From NCBI GenBank assembly GCA_009602735.1, contig WELA01001627.1, positions 149,042 through 169,041 of the forward strand: a stretch of 20,000 bases of DNA, in the 5' to 3' direction. Position numbers and translations under genes: made by a program. The notes beneath the pieces are model-generated. The model was not told where the DNA came from and searched no databases. It saw only the letters and a list, made by a program, of their open reading frames with translations. The DNA comes from Mesotaenium endlicherianum (Eukaryota). Shown in pieces: positions 19,630-20,000 of the stretch; the first letter of the stretch is position 1, and every line of letters starts with the position of its first letter.

Positions 19630-20000
19630 TGTAGTGAAACAGATAGATAAAGTACTTAGTAAAACAGAATACTTTATCTATTCAAGACAAGAATCTTTGA
19701 ACACAAGTGGTAGCTTCTTGAAAGAGAGATGGCTTCTTGAAAGTTAATATATTTCTGGATTTTGGCAAGTACAAGAGTGATTCTCGAATGTCTTTCTATG
19801 TTCTAGCTCTTGTTTATATACTTGCTACATAAGTAATTTCTAGGAAGGTGTATGTTGATGTGTTGGCACCCAACACATCCCAAAACTTGCCACCTCTTTC
19901 TAGAATAATGTACACATGTCCTTTTGACCTAAAAATGGCACATCTGACTTTTGCCACATGGAGTTCTTCTAGGTCTTTCCTCTAACTTCGAAAATGCCTT
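19630..20000 (-). repeat. Second family-B LTR (solo or 3' LTR; runs off the window) inserted in the DIRS element
   Basis: Starts TGTAGTGAAACAGATAG and aligns with 3334-~3702. The left flank is CTCTT, not a PBS. Confidence 0.92.

Noticed and set aside
3334..20000. The two LTR-B copies as ends of one 16-kb element carrying the host gene
   Set aside because: The PBS and gag lie outside (left of) the first LTR, and each LTR interrupts a different TE. They are separate insertions.

Overview
Eukaryotic, transposon-dense window, probably from a plant-lineage or algal genome. That assignment is inferred from the tRNA-iMet PBS motifs, GC-rich GT-AG introns and TE mix, and is not proven. Positions 1-9200 form a nested TE stack. 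It holds the 3' end of a + strand LTR retroelement (family A), with an intact unknown ORF just upstream of its PPT and LTR. That element abuts the protease of a - strand Ty3/gypsy element (family B: LTR, PBS, gag, A-AAA-AAC frameshift). Family B is inserted in a decayed piggyBac-like transposase. Next come two family-C LTRs inserted in or next to a second family-A LTR, then a gypsy pol remnant. Positions 9200-12100 are poorly resolved, with one decayed ORF. Positions 12105-16047 (-) hold a five-exon host gene for a ~1024-aa, mostly disordered G/A/S/Q/P-rich protein with candidate lipidation motifs at both ends. Positions 16821-19629 (-) hold a decayed tyrosine-recombinase (DIRS-order) retrotransposon with split direct repeats, YR, adenine-MTase-like and RNase H domains. 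It is interrupted at 19630 by another family-B LTR. All alignments and translations outside the supplied ORF track were done by eye.
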